A stretch of DNA of 64,000 bases from IMG/VR virus record IMGVR_UViG_3300023174_000033, positions 372,001-436,000 of that record. The stretch is one strand, 5' to 3'. Made by a program: the position numbers and the translations under genes. This document shows positions 41,036 through 49,397 of this stretch, in pieces (within the stretch, counting starts at the first letter, position 1; each line of letters begins with the position of its first letter). The notes beneath the pieces are model-generated. The model made no database searches, was not told where the DNA came from, and worked only from the letters and a program-made list of their open reading frames with translations.

Positions 41036-41469
41036 AGGTTTAAAAGTTCTTCTAATTTTTCTATTAAGTCTTCAAATGTGCTACATTCGAACTTTCTAAC
41101 AACCTCATCACCACCTTTTTCATCAAATTCAGCATAACCCAAATAAAACCAATCAGGATCATCCACCTTATCCCTTTTTGAAATTTCAATTGCTTTTACA
41201 ATATATTTCCCCCTTGGGTAGTTACTGGTTTTCTCTACTTTTCTAAAATCATTAATAGTATAATGGGTCTTATCATAATTTAATTCCAATAACCTATCAT
41301 ATTCTAAACTCAATTCATACCTTCTTATAAAATCAGACATCTGTTCTATTTCAGAAGTGGTGAATTCTGATAAAGTAACTGACCTTGAATTCACCCTTCT
41401 CCACCAATCATCGAAGTCGAGTTCAGTTGAACCAGAATAAAAGTTTTCAAATCTTTTTAAGTATTTCAT
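41032..41469 (-). CDS. N-tag paralog family protein
   Basis: MKYLKRFEN; PDWFYL; FECSTFEDL. Confidence 0.78.
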   Translation of the reverse strand: MKYLKRFENFYSGSTELDFDDWWRRVNSRSVTLSEFTTSEIEQMSDFIRRYELSLEYDRLLELNYDKTHYTINDFRKVEKTSNYPRGKYIVKAIEISKRDKVDDPDWFYLGYAEFDEKGGDEVVRKFECSTFEDLIEKLEELLNL

Positions 41470-41472
41470 AGT

Positions 41473-41898
41473 TTATTGTATTTTTAATAAGTTCAAAACA
41501 GAATCAAACCCATCACATTCATAATATTCTTCATACTCATAGTAAACTTCCCCTTCTTCATCTTGATACTCATCTTGATAAAAACTAACCATAAACCATT
41601 CATCTGGACACTTTTGTATATGAACCTCTATTGGTAGAGGATTAACATCACCACCTCCAATATAATAAGTTAGATAAGTAAGACCAATAACAAAATTATC
41701 TAACTTTTCACTCCAACCAAGATTATCCCATACTACTTGTTCTCGACCACTACTTTCCATTAAGTCAATCAAAGTTTTATGCTCTGATTTGGTAAAGAAA
41801 TCTTTTCCAGATTTAATTTTAATTGACCATTGACGTTCACTTATCTGTTTAGCTTCAGCAGGTCCAAACATAGATTCAAATAATTTCAGATATTTCAT
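41473..41898 (-). CDS. N-tag paralog family protein (first of a 5-gene array)
   Basis: MKYLKLFES at 41898; TAATATATA at 41903. Confidence 0.78.
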   Translation of the reverse strand: MKYLKLFESMFGPAEAKQISERQWSIKIKSGKDFFTKSEHKTLIDLMESSGREQVVWDNLGWSEKLDNFVIGLTYLTYYIGGGDVNPLPIEVHIQKCPDEWFMVSFYQDEYQDEEGEVYYEYEEYYECDGFDSVLNLLKIQ

Positions 41899-41962
41899 TA
41901 AGTATATATTAAAATTTTTTATATTTTGCAAAACATTAGAAATAACAAGAATATAAGGTGAT

Positions 41963-42265
41963 ATGTTAAATTTTTATATTTTTTTCGTTTGTTTGATTGT
42001 ATCGAGTAGTATCTATTCCCTAAAGGATTGGAGAATATACCATTACGCTTATATCAATTTAAAGTTTTATAAGTTTGAAAATTTATTCAAAATGAAAATT
42101 GCCAATGATGGTGCAAAAAATGAATTTATAGTTTTTTCCGATTTTAACTATAAAATCAATTATGAAACCTATCTTCAATTTGATATTTGGACTTTATTAG
42201 ATTTTCACAAACTCTATTGGATTTTTAAATTCAGATCCAGAGCTAAAGACATGGGATTAGTATGA
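41963..42265 (+). CDS. Hypothetical membrane-anchored protein
   Basis: ORF track. Confidence 0.6.
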   Translation: MLNFYIFFVCLIVSSSIYSLKDWRIYHYAYINLKFYKFENLFKMKIANDGAKNEFIVFSDFNYKINYETYLQFDIWTLLDFHKLYWIFKFRSRAKDMGLV

Positions 42266-42588
42266 TTAATGCAGTAAGTATAATTAACTTTCTACTATTC
42301 ATTTGGTTTAATACAGATGCATTCACTGTATATTTTAAACATCTTGCCTTCTTAAAAATCAAAGAATATAAAGATTACATTAAAATAAACCCAAGGATAA
42401 ACTATCCAAATTGGATTTTTCTACAAACCCCAAACTTTTTGACAAAGCTTCTCAGTTGTAAACCGTGTCTTTGTTTCTTTTTTTGTTTATTCAGTCATAT
42501 TTATTTTAATTACGATTTTTTTGGGTTCATTCAAACTTATTTAATCTCATATATAAGTTATAGAACCCTTGATAAATATGTCTATTAG
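42262..42588 (+). CDS. Hypothetical membrane protein with CxxC
   Basis: LLSCKPCLCFF. Confidence 0.6.
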   Translation: MINAVSIINFLLFIWFNTDAFTVYFKHLAFLKIKEYKDYIKINPRINYPNWIFLQTPNFLTKLLSCKPCLCFFFCLFSHIYFNYDFFGFIQTYLISYISYRTLDKYVY

Positions 42589-42880
42589 TGCTAAAATAAC
42601 TAGAACTCTGATAATTGATACCCCAAATAAACTTTATCAGATTCTAGACGAACATAAAGATTTGGTTGAAAAATCAATAGAATTGAAAGTTTTCATGGAC
42701 CAAATGAATCTATCAATTCAAGGTTGTGATTGTGATTCATTTGAATATGTAGGTGGTGCGATAAGTATTTATCTTGATTTGGGTAAAATAAAAGAGGAAG
42801 ATAAAGTTCTTCTAAAATATAAAATCGGTTGTGATAAAATAATTTTCAAAATGAAAGATCAAATTTTATTTGAATATTAA
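42578..42880 (+). CDS. Hypothetical protein
   Basis: ORF track; first ATG used. Confidence 0.6.
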   Translation: MSISAKITRTLIIDTPNKLYQILDEHKDLVEKSIELKVFMDQMNLSIQGCDCDSFEYVGGAISIYLDLGKIKEEDKVLLKYKIGCDKIIFKMKDQILFEY

Positions 42881-42908
42881 AAAAAAAATTATTACCTTTG
42901 TGAAAGAT

Positions 42909-43139
42909 ATGACAAACACGGAATTAGCAAGACACATTTACTTCTACTCAAAGAGTTGTAAATCTGAACTACCATCTGGCCAGACTTGGAGTGATCATGA
43001 TGATAAACTGGCAATTAATTACATAGCGAATCTTATGGAACTGCATTTTGAACCACAAAATCATCTCGGTTCAAAAGGGTTTGAGTCCATACCTACTAGA
43101 AATAATAATAATGAAAATTCTCCTATCTTCGGTTGTTAA
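42909..43139 (+). CDS. Hypothetical protein
   Basis: TACCTTTG at 42893 precedes the ATG at 42909. Confidence 0.55.
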   Translation: MTNTELARHIYFYSKSCKSELPSGQTWSDHDDKLAINYIANLMELHFEPQNHLGSKGFESIPTRNNNNENSPIFGC

Positions 43140-43153
43140 AAAAAAATACTATT

Positions 43154-43366
43154 ATGTCAGATAAACTAAAGTACTCTCTTAATTCTTACGCAGTTTGGTG
43201 TCTTGTTGGTTACCTCCTTATGGCTTTTTTCAATTGGGATTTTAATGCCGGAAATTGGCCAGTTGGTTTTAGGTTCGTTTATATCTTATTTGGACCAGTA
43301 TTAGGTGTTTTTATCGGAATTATTATATTCCTCTGGGATAAATTTGAAGAAGAATTCTCTAAATAA
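43154..43366 (+). CDS. Small membrane protein
   Basis: Two TM helices. Confidence 0.6.
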   Translation: MSDKLKYSLNSYAVWCLVGYLLMAFFNWDFNAGNWPVGFRFVYILFGPVLGVFIGIIIFLWDKFEEEFSK

Positions 43367-44074
43367 TAAAACACTCTCCTTTAGTAACTTAACAAATTTG
43401 GTTTGGAAGTCTTTAGCGTCTTGCTTGTATCCTGACTTTGTTTCATCTTTAACATCATCAGTCCACTGATAAGACCAAAATAATTGAGGTGGGGTTTTGA
43501 ATCCAAAAAAATTCAAGACCTCTTTTTCATGTTTTACAGCTTCTGCGCCATTCCAGTTGTGTCCAACCGAAATAACTCCACATTCAATGTCCTTTAGTAT
43601 ATTTGACTCTCCTAAAGTAGCATGTCTGTTTTCTAACCAAGTCAACCTTTCAATCAATTTGGAGTAAACAGCATTCATTTTGCCCCATCTAATTGACCCG
43701 AAGAATATAACCGCATCGGATTCTAATAAATCATTGACAACTTTATATAATTCGTCGTCTTTGTGGTTATACGAAGCCCAACATCTATGTACACCGGTTT
43801 TATCTTTACCATTTTTCAGTAAAGCTCCTTTCAAACCACAATTATTCCCATCTTTATGACTTACATTACCCTCACACTCATAAATCTTCAATTTTGAAAC
43901 GTCTATTATAGTGACTTTATTTGGTCCTAACTTTTCTTGTAAAAGATAAGCTAATTGTGAAGATTTTGGAATATCATCACTGTGTCCATCCCACCGGTTT
44001 GAGGTCAATAAGAAAAGACATTTTTCTTTATCCTTTAAGTAATTGAGGGTTTTATTGAATTTTTCTTTAGACAT
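43301..44074 (-). CDS. Second flavodoxin-fold FMN reductase / iron-sulfur flavoprotein-like protein
   Basis: LLTSNR, KIYECEGNVS...C...HRC, SDAVIFFGSIRWGKMNAVYSKLIERL. Confidence 0.75.
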   Translation of the reverse strand: MSKEKFNKTLNYLKDKEKCLFLLTSNRWDGHSDDIPKSSQLAYLLQEKLGPNKVTIIDVSKLKIYECEGNVSHKDGNNCGLKGALLKNGKDKTGVHRCWASYNHKDDELYKVVNDLLESDAVIFFGSIRWGKMNAVYSKLIERLTWLENRHATLGESNILKDIECGVISVGHNWNGAEAVKHEKEVLNFFGFKTPPQLFWSYQWTDDVKDETKSGYKQDAKDFQTKFVKLLKESVLLFREFFFKFIPEEYNNSDKNT

Positions 44075-44116
44075 ATATTGTATATATAAAGTATATTTTA
44101 TATCTTTGTATTAATT

Positions 44117-44308
44117 ATGGAATTGAGCATAGATCAGAAAATCGCCATCAACAAGTTGCTTCGTAAATACGATGGCACGAACACATTTATACTATCTTTA
44201 CAAAAACAACTAAAGTCAGCAAAAGCTCTTAAAGTTGAAGTAAATGGTAAAATGGTAAAAATTCTTTCAGACAAACAATACTTAACAGCAGAAACAATAC
44301 TAAAATAA
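44117..44308 (+). CDS. Hypothetical protein
   Basis: TATCTTTG at 44101. Confidence 0.65.
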   Translation: MELSIDQKIAINKLLRKYDGTNTFILSLQKQLKSAKALKVEVNGKMVKILSDKQYLTAETILK

Positions 44309-44309
44309 T

Positions 44310-44747
44310 ATGAATCAATTCAATCAAGATAATCTAATTTGTATTCACCTCAATATCTTTTCAACTTTTGATTTGATCGCAAGGATGTGTAAGGACAATA
44401 ATTTGGAAGTTAATCCCAAGTATCTTTGGGACTTTAAAGTAAGTGGATATCATAAAGTGTGGTTGGATAAAAATTCCTATGAGTTAATTTTTTGGACCGA
44501 ATCCTCAAATAAAAGACTCATTTGCTTGAATCAACAATACATTCAATATTTAAGGGATTTGAAATCACTAGTCCACATTAAAACTGAAAAACCACTTGAT
44601 CAAGAATATGAGACTAAACATCCTATGAAGTCTAAAAATGAAGTTAATCAAACAATAATTGATATTATATTGGATAAGATTTCTTCAAGTGGACTGGACT
44701 CATTGAGTGAACGCGAAAGAGAATTTCTAGATAAATATTCTGGTTAA
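44310..44747 (+). CDS. Hypothetical protein with C-terminal DUF6576-like helix pair
   Basis: IDIILDKISSSGLDSLSEREREFLDK. Confidence 0.7.
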   Translation: MNQFNQDNLICIHLNIFSTFDLIARMCKDNNLEVNPKYLWDFKVSGYHKVWLDKNSYELIFWTESSNKRLICLNQQYIQYLRDLKSLVHIKTEKPLDQEYETKHPMKSKNEVNQTIIDIILDKISSSGLDSLSEREREFLDKYSG

Positions 44748-44974
44748 TTTTCCCTTTTATATTTGTTTTTATATTGCAAACTATTATAATATAAATATCT
44801 TTTTTTATTTTCTTGACCATTTGGTTTAACGACCCTTTTAAATTGGTCAAATTCCGTAGGACTAGGTTTGGATAAAACATCCATATAGTCCTTTTTTGTT
44901 TTACAAGAAATTAAAAATAAAAATAAAAATAAAAATACCCACCCCATATAGGGTATATATTTTATAAAGATCAA
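44744..44974 (-). CDS. Putative lipoprotein
   Basis: Hydrophobic stretch followed by LISC lipobox. Confidence 0.55.
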   Translation of the reverse strand: MIFIKYIPYMGWVFLFLFLFLISCKTKKDYMDVLSKPSPTEFDQFKRVVKPNGQENKKRYLYYNSLQYKNKYKREN

Positions 44975-45669
44975 ATATAATCTTCCTCTCTAGCGACCCT
45001 AGAATCAATTGATTTTCTCAATGAAGAATAATCCACCCAACCATTATTATTAGAAACAAGAATATCGTGACAGAATAATTGGGGCCATGTTGCAAAGGAT
45101 TTTCTTTGCTGCTGAATGTTGGTAACAAAATGTCTATCAATTTCCATAGGGAATGATTCATTATATAAATCCACCATTTCCCGCATCAATGTAGGACTGG
45201 GTGAGTAAGAATAAAGTCCCCATAAGTTTTTAGAACTAATCAAGTTAGGAGCAAAGTGTTGTCCATCAATTACACCATAACTCCACATTGAACAATCGTC
45301 AGTCAATGGAATCCAACCCAAATAAAGTAAATCATAGTCCTCAGGTATTTGTTGTGAGAACACTGAGAATAGTTCTTGTATATTTTTGTGTGGTTTTACA
45401 TCATCTTCTAAAATTAGGATTCTTTTGAAACCTCTTGATAACGCATCATTGTAAATCGAAAGGTGTGAAATTGAACAGGCAACGTAATTTTGTGTGGTGA
45501 AGTTAGAGTTGTCTAATTTTTTCCATAAATGGTTTATGACTTGACCATCACAAGCATCAAAAAATTCAAAATCGATTCCAACTTTACCCAATCTTTCTGT
45601 AATTAAGGACCTTCTATCTGAATTCCTTTTCAAAGAAAGAACGTAAATCTTATCAAAATATTCGTTCAT
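44971..45669 (-). CDS. Glycosyltransferase family 25 (second copy)
   Basis: KIYVLSLKRNSDRR, FEFFDACDG, ACSISH, ILILEDDV, LLYLG, EIDRHF. Confidence 0.88.
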   Translation of the reverse strand: MNEYFDKIYVLSLKRNSDRRSLITERLGKVGIDFEFFDACDGQVINHLWKKLDNSNFTTQNYVACSISHLSIYNDALSRGFKRILILEDDVKPHKNIQELFSVFSQQIPEDYDLLYLGWIPLTDDCSMWSYGVIDGQHFAPNLISSKNLWGLYSYSPSPTLMREMVDLYNESFPMEIDRHFVTNIQQQRKSFATWPQLFCHDILVSNNNGWVDYSSLRKSIDSRVAREEDYI

Positions 45670-45721
45670 ATTATCATTTATATTATTAAACTATAAAATG
45701 TTAAGTGAGTATAACATTATT

Positions 45722-46762
45722 ATGAATATTGAACTACAATACTTAGAACTCCTTAAAGATATATTAGAAAATGGTTGTTCAAAAGGTGATAGAACTGGAA
45801 CAGGAACTATCTCAGTCTTTGGAAGACAAATCAGGCACAAAATGTCAGAAGGATTTCCACTTCTCACAACTAAAAAAATGTATTTCAAAGGGGTTATTAC
45901 TGAACTTCTGTGGTTTTTGCGCGGAGATACAAATATTAAATATCTTTTGGACAATGATTGTCATATCTGGGATGGTGATGCTTGGGCTAACTATTCCAAA
46001 AAAGTGATTGCAAACAATTTACAACTTATTCCTGCAACGGATTTACCCAAAACAAAAGAACAATTCATTGAAAAAATCAAAACTGATCAGGATTTCGCTA
46101 ATACGTGGGGTGAATTGGGTAAAGTTTATGGACATGGTTGGCGTAATTGGAATGATAGTATTGACCAAATAGCAAACCTAATCAAAGATCTTAAGACAAA
46201 TCCAGACTCTCGTAGACTTATGGTATCCGCCTGGAATCCCTCAGATTTACCAAATCAAGTTTTACCACCTTGTCATTATGGGTTTCAAGTTTATACAAGG
46301 GAATTAAGCCTTCCTGAAAGAATGGAACTTTGGGAAAAACTTCCTAATAAAGATGTTATGGATTTTCCTATTGGCCAATTAACAGATGAACAATATCATA
46401 AAGTTTTAACAGATATTGGCGTACCTGAAAGATCTATATCTTTAATGTGGTCACAAAGATCGATTGATAGTTTGCTCGGCTTGCCGTTTAATATAGCTTC
46501 TTATGCCACACTATTAGAAATTTTAGCAAAAGAAGTTAATATGGTACCAGATGAACTTATTGGAAATCTTGGTGATTGTCACATTTATAGTAACCACATT
46601 GAACAAGTAAAAGAACAGATTTCAAGAACACCATATAAATTACCAACCCTAAAATTTGAAGTTACAAATCTACTTGAAAATTTAATGGATTGGAAACCAT
46701 CAGATTTTTCAATCTTAAATTATGAATCTCACCCAGCTATAAAAGCTCCTCTGAGTAACTAA
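45722..46762 (+). CDS. thyA: Thymidylate synthase
   Basis: DRTGTGT, GFPLLTTKKM, ELLWFL, SRRLMVSAWNP, LPPCH, QRSID, GLPFNIASY, GDCHIYSNH. Confidence 0.97.
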   Translation: MNIELQYLELLKDILENGCSKGDRTGTGTISVFGRQIRHKMSEGFPLLTTKKMYFKGVITELLWFLRGDTNIKYLLDNDCHIWDGDAWANYSKKVIANNLQLIPATDLPKTKEQFIEKIKTDQDFANTWGELGKVYGHGWRNWNDSIDQIANLIKDLKTNPDSRRLMVSAWNPSDLPNQVLPPCHYGFQVYTRELSLPERMELWEKLPNKDVMDFPIGQLTDEQYHKVLTDIGVPERSISLMWSQRSIDSLLGLPFNIASYATLLEILAKEVNMVPDELIGNLGDCHIYSNHIEQVKEQISRTPYKLPTLKFEVTNLLENLMDWKPSDFSILNYESHPAIKAPLSN

Positions 46763-46765
46763 AAT

Positions 46766-46793
46766 AAAAAACCCACCAAATAGGTGGGTTTTT
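46766..46793. terminator. Bidirectional intrinsic terminator
   Basis: AAAAAACCCACC-AAATA-GGTGGGTTTTT between convergent genes. Confidence 0.85.
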
Positions 46794-46796
46794 CCA

Positions 46797-47105
46797 TCAT
46801 CCTTTCATTTCTGATATTTTATCATCAACCATTGAGTGAATTTCGTCCTCTTTCTTGTCTCTACAAGAATATTCTAACATATCAAATAGTCTGTCAGATT
46901 CGGCTTGTGTGATTTGACCATCATCAACCTTACTTACTAAATAATCATTTAGTACATCGGCGGTATTTCCGAAAAACTTTCCAATTTTTCTAAATATCTT
47001 ATCTGCTGTTTTGGAACCGATTCCACCACCTTCTCCTTTGGAACTGTATCCGTGGAAAAGTTCCTCATTTTTTCCGAATTCTTCAAATCTAGCAATCTTA
47101 CTCAT
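46797..47105 (-). CDS. Hypothetical protein with N-tag variant (MSKIARFEEF)
   Basis: TAATATATA at 47133. Confidence 0.7.
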   Translation of the reverse strand: MSKIARFEEFGKNEELFHGYSSKGEGGGIGSKTADKIFRKIGKFFGNTADVLNDYLVSKVDDGQITQAESDRLFDMLEYSCRDKKEDEIHSMVDDKISEMKG

Positions 47106-47158
47106 CTTTAAATACTTTAATTTATGTAATTGTATATATTAAATGTAAAAACTCTTTT

Positions 47159-47605
47159 TTACATTTTCCAATATTCCAATTTGTAAGCAAAAGTTTTTAA
47201 TATTTTAGGTAAATATTTCATTCTAACATCTTGCCAAATGAATATTTCATTCCCACCAGTTAAACCATCCATCCTAATAAAGAATTCAATAAATCCACCT
47301 TCCCATTGTTCCCAAGGATTCATTTTCCAACTCGGGTAGTGGTTTATTTTCATACCACATTTGATTGCAGTTGGTGCTTTGTGTATAACTTCATCAAATT
47401 TCAATTTTGACTCTCTCCTAGCCATACCACTGAGTTCTTCAACTCTCTCATATTCACAAAGTTTATGACCCAATCTCATAAAATCTTCATTGAACTTTTC
47501 ATCAATCACTTCAATTTGCAGAGGATGATGGACATTCATAGCCTGATGAGCTACTGAATAATCAATAAACTTTTTGAAATCGGTGTCCAAAATAACAGTT
47601 TGCAT
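47159..47605 (-). CDS. Hypothetical protein
   Basis: TAATATATA at 47610. Confidence 0.7.
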   Translation of the reverse strand: MQTVILDTDFKKFIDYSVAHQAMNVHHPLQIEVIDEKFNEDFMRLGHKLCEYERVEELSGMARRESKLKFDEVIHKAPTAIKCGMKINHYPSWKMNPWEQWEGGFIEFFIRMDGLTGGNEIFIWQDVRMKYLPKILKTFAYKLEYWKM

Positions 47606-47620
47606 ACTTTATATATTAGT

Positions 47621-48100
47621 TTAAACCATTGGATTTAAAATATTTAAAATGTATTCAGCTCTTGGATAAAAACCATCAACTAAATCACCTTTGTACGATT
47701 TTGTTTTGAATCCATTTTGAGTAAAATCACCCCAATACTGATTGTTTGTTGTTTCTACCCAATAATAAAGTGTATCTGAATAGTAAGTATAGTCAAGTAA
47801 ATATTCCCTCGCATCAGTAATAAACTGTAAAAATTCTGAATCTGTCAACTGACTTCTCATATAAGATGTAACTACATCTACTTTTTGTTGTCTATTTTCT
47901 GGATTTAGTGGTGGAGTATATTCCATTGATGGGAGTGTATTAACCCACTGAAAATCTGAATTAACACATCCTGAAACTTCTTGGCCTGATATGAACCAAT
48001 CACCGTTTATATCTTGTACTGGATTAAAATAAGATGCTGGTGCAAATAATTGACCAACAAGTAAATCCTTTTGTTCTATTGTTAATTTATATAATATCAT
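47621..48100 (-). CDS. Tail-fibre-associated protein (last gene of the fibre cluster)
   Basis: Position; YFNPVQDINGDWFIS segment. Confidence 0.5.
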   Translation of the reverse strand: MILYKLTIEQKDLLVGQLFAPASYFNPVQDINGDWFISGQEVSGCVNSDFQWVNTLPSMEYTPPLNPENRQQKVDVVTSYMRSQLTDSEFLQFITDAREYLLDYTYYSDTLYYWVETTNNQYWGDFTQNGFKTKSYKGDLVDGFYPRAEYILNILNPMV

Positions 48101-48951
48101 ACTTGTCTAGCTAATGTTGTTTGAAAATTTTGTACTATTGTATATAGCGTTGCAACTTCTGTATCTGTTAAATCATACCCAATACTACAAAATGCACATT
48201 CTTTATCAGAAAATTGAGTAGCGGCACCATTTGAATTATTTCTAGCACCTATGTATAGGGGAAAATTTCCAAGAAAAGTTGTTACACTTGTTACATTTTG
48301 ACCTTCCCTTACACCATTTTTATAAGCTCTTCTATCAGCAAATGAAACTTTATTACCAACCCAAAATCCTTGACCACCTGAAGTGCTAGTAAATTGAGCT
48401 GCTTGAGCACCCCCACCAGAATAAAACTGAGAAGCTACCATAAGTTGTATGAATGAGGTAGCATTATTGGATCCAACTTCCGATCTAGTAGCATTTAATG
48501 TATTGGTCCTTGAATAGTATGAAATGTGGTGTCTTTCTTGTGGTATGTTATCCAGTGTATTAACATAAGTATTAGCAAAGGTGTTTGTAGCGTTGGGTAA
48601 AATACCGTTTGAAGAGTGTGTCCAACCCCCAGAAAATGTTAACCTAAAAGCTGTATCAGCATCTCTTGGGTCTTTCAAATTATATTGGTGTGCAGTAGCA
48701 TTTCCACCAACAAAGGGGTAGACAGCTAACATTTTATTCATTAATCCCGTATTAACCAAATCATAAGATAGTTGATTTATAGCAGCTTGTTGATTAGAAA
48801 CAGTTATACCAGTAATTGATATAAAATTTACAGCATAAGTGTTATAGTTACCTAATTGTCCAATTGGCATAGTTGGAAAGCTAGATGGTATGGATACTGT
48901 TCCAATAGAACCCATTCCAAAATTAAGTCTTTGTGTAAATCCTGCAAACAT
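48097..48951 (-). CDS. Putative tail/fibre beta-sandwich (LamG-like) protein
   Basis: AVYPFVGG..HQYNLKDPRD..FRLTFSGGWTHS, LYIGARN; Thr/Asn/Gly-rich. Confidence 0.55.
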   Translation of the reverse strand: MFAGFTQRLNFGMGSIGTVSIPSSFPTMPIGQLGNYNTYAVNFISITGITVSNQQAAINQLSYDLVNTGLMNKMLAVYPFVGGNATAHQYNLKDPRDADTAFRLTFSGGWTHSSNGILPNATNTFANTYVNTLDNIPQERHHISYYSRTNTLNATRSEVGSNNATSFIQLMVASQFYSGGGAQAAQFTSTSGGQGFWVGNKVSFADRRAYKNGVREGQNVTSVTTFLGNFPLYIGARNNSNGAATQFSDKECAFCSIGYDLTDTEVATLYTIVQNFQTTLARQV

Positions 48952-48957
48952 AACTTT

Positions 48958-49377
48958 TTAAAAATCTCCTCCTGATGCCCAAACTGTTAATGATTGTGTT
49001 GAAGCATTTATACTAGAACTCACCCATATAGATTGACCAGGCATTAATTGTAAATCAGTGTATGTATTTATTACCCTTGCAGAAACTGCAGTAGTTGATG
49101 GTGTTGTTGCGGTAAAAAGTAATTCATCATACAATCTAGCACTTGCACTAGAACCAGTTGTATCTGTTACATAAATATAAACCAAACCAGCTGGATTACT
49201 ATTAGTATATTTACCACCTATTTGTGTTACTTTTGTTCCAGAAAAACCAGAACCACTTGTACCTGTGATTAAAAGGAAAGAATTAGCTGTGGAGGATGTT
49301 CTTGAACCACCAGTTGAATTATTTACTGTGACTAACCTATATTGAGGAGTTGATGCGAATTGTGGATTTGCTGCCAT
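48958..49377 (-). CDS. Putative small virion protein
   Basis: Ser/Thr-rich beta protein ending GGDF; TAATATATA at 49384. Confidence 0.55.
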   Translation of the reverse strand: MAANPQFASTPQYRLVTVNNSTGGSRTSSTANSFLLITGTSGSGFSGTKVTQIGGKYTNSNPAGLVYIYVTDTTGSSASARLYDELLFTATTPSTTAVSARVINTYTDLQLMPGQSIWVSSSINASTQSLTVWASGGDF

Positions 49378-49397
49378 AGAATTTATATATTATTTTT

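Noticed and set aside
45722-46762. Base-modifying thymidylate synthase homologue (hydroxymethylase)
   Set aside because: All canonical ThyA motifs are present, including LPPCH and the dUMP-specifying Asn in GLPFNIASY
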